Part shown: in pieces, positions 62,779-64,000 of the stretch
How the letters are laid out: the number at the start of each line of letters is the position of its first letter
How positions within the stretch are numbered: the first letter of the stretch is position 1
NCBI GenBank assembly: GCA_030770535.1
Contig: JASVEC010000002.1
Coordinates: 1,736,001 to 1,800,000 of the forward strand
Reading direction: 5' to 3'
DNA length: 64,000 nucleotides
From: Batkoa obscura
Lineage: Eukaryota
The notes under the pieces: model-generated
Seen by the model: the letters and a program-made list of their open reading frames with translations, nothing else
Database searches by the model: none
Told to the model about the DNA's origin: nothing
Position numbers and translations under genes: made by a program

Positions 62779-62986
62779 GTTAAAATACTTCACACCGTGT
62801 AATCAATTTTTGGGATTTTGGCTAAAATTTAAAATCTTAAATCAACATAACCATTCTTGCTTTCGAATATAGCAACTTATTTAATTTAATTTTGAACTTT
62901 AATCTCGAAATTTAGCATGCATAAAACTCAAAAATAAGATTATTCCTTATTGCTTTTTCTTTTTATTTCTTTTTTATTCAATAGAG

Positions 62987-64000
62987 ATGGGTGATTCTAG
63001 ATTTGAGGATTGTTCGGATGAAGAGAATTTCGTTATAAAGGAAACGCAGAAAGAGATTAAAGGTAATTTGAATCAAAATATTATAAATGAAGACGATGAA
63101 TATTGGAATGAATCGGATGAAGTAGAGTTTGAAGACGATTATGACGACCAGCTTAATCACCTTGACCAATGGAATGAAGCATCTGGAGGTAATAAAATAG
63201 AGTGTTTAAATTTATTAGATTATTGATAGTTTTTAGACTTCACCAAACAATACAATAAGATAAAGTCGAGACTAAATCAATTAGCCATAAGTTCACCAGC
63301 TAGTGGAGCGTCTAAAGAAAAAGTTAAAGAAAAGGCTAAAGATAAAAAAGAACTAGTCAAAGAAGAAGCAGGAGCAACTAATAAGTCTAAAAATGTTTAT
63401 TTAGATCAACTAGCTGCTCTTTCTAAATTTTCTAATAAAATTAATTTAGGTAATTCAATAAATATAGTGGTTTATTTAGTATTAATAATTTAGGCGCTAT
63501 GTTCAATACACAAACTACAGCTGTAGGTGATGGTGGAGGTAGTCGTAAAGCACAAGGTTATAAACACGTCAATGTAGATAAAGCAGATAGGGCTACTACT
63601 GAGCAAGTGTTGGACCCTAGGACACGTATCATTTTATTCAAAATGTTAAATCGTAACTTATTTACTGAGGTGAATGGATGTATTAGTACAGGTAAAGAGG
63701 CCAATGTTTACCATGCAAGTACAGAAGAAGGTGGCCACCTAGCTATAAAGATTTATAAGACCAGTATCCTTACCTTCAAGGATCGTGATAAGTATGTTAC
63801 TGGAGAATATCGTTTTAGAAATGGGTACTCAAAATCGAATCCACGTAAAATGGTAAAAGTTTGGGCTGAAAAAGAACTAAGGAATTTGAAACGTCTTCAA
63901 CAGGCTGATATCCCATCCCCAAAGCCAATTCTTTTACGTATGCATGTTTTAGTTATGGAATTTTTGGGAGATGATAAAGGATGGGCTTATCCAAGATTGA
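62987..64000 (+). CDS. RIO1: RIO1 atypical kinase (runs off the window end)
   Basis: [91 protein letters not shown]. Confidence 0.96.

Overview
AT-rich, intron-rich eukaryotic DNA with short introns. Gene content and style suggest an early-diverging fungus, plausibly Entomophthorales (Conidiobolus/Neoconidiobolus-like); this is inference only. Housekeeping genes: exportin-7-like, FYV10/MAEA, cactin, citrate lyase beta-like, CTK3, TSPO, ESA1, mitochondrial S13, ARPC2, makorin, TMA16, an Ssp1/Sak1-type kinase, mitochondrial TyrRS and partial RIO1. RNA genes: four tRNAs and two identical U2 snRNA genes. The accessory content has four main parts. (1) A five-gene family of secreted Cys/Trp-rich modular proteins I do not recognise; four carry a short amphipathic cationic peptide between the signal peptide and a Kex2-like site. 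(2) Two tiny secreted peptide-precursor genes with a conserved prepro part and divergent basic C-termini, each paired with a U2 gene in an inverted duplication that encloses a P450 and a transposase. (3) An intact Sola-type DDD transposase plus about 23 copies of a ~97-bp MITE with related termini and 4-bp target duplications. (4) An inverted pseudogene pair with a ~500-bp near-identical tract. Every local gene pair in the window is inverted. All calls come from reading motifs by eye; no searches were run.
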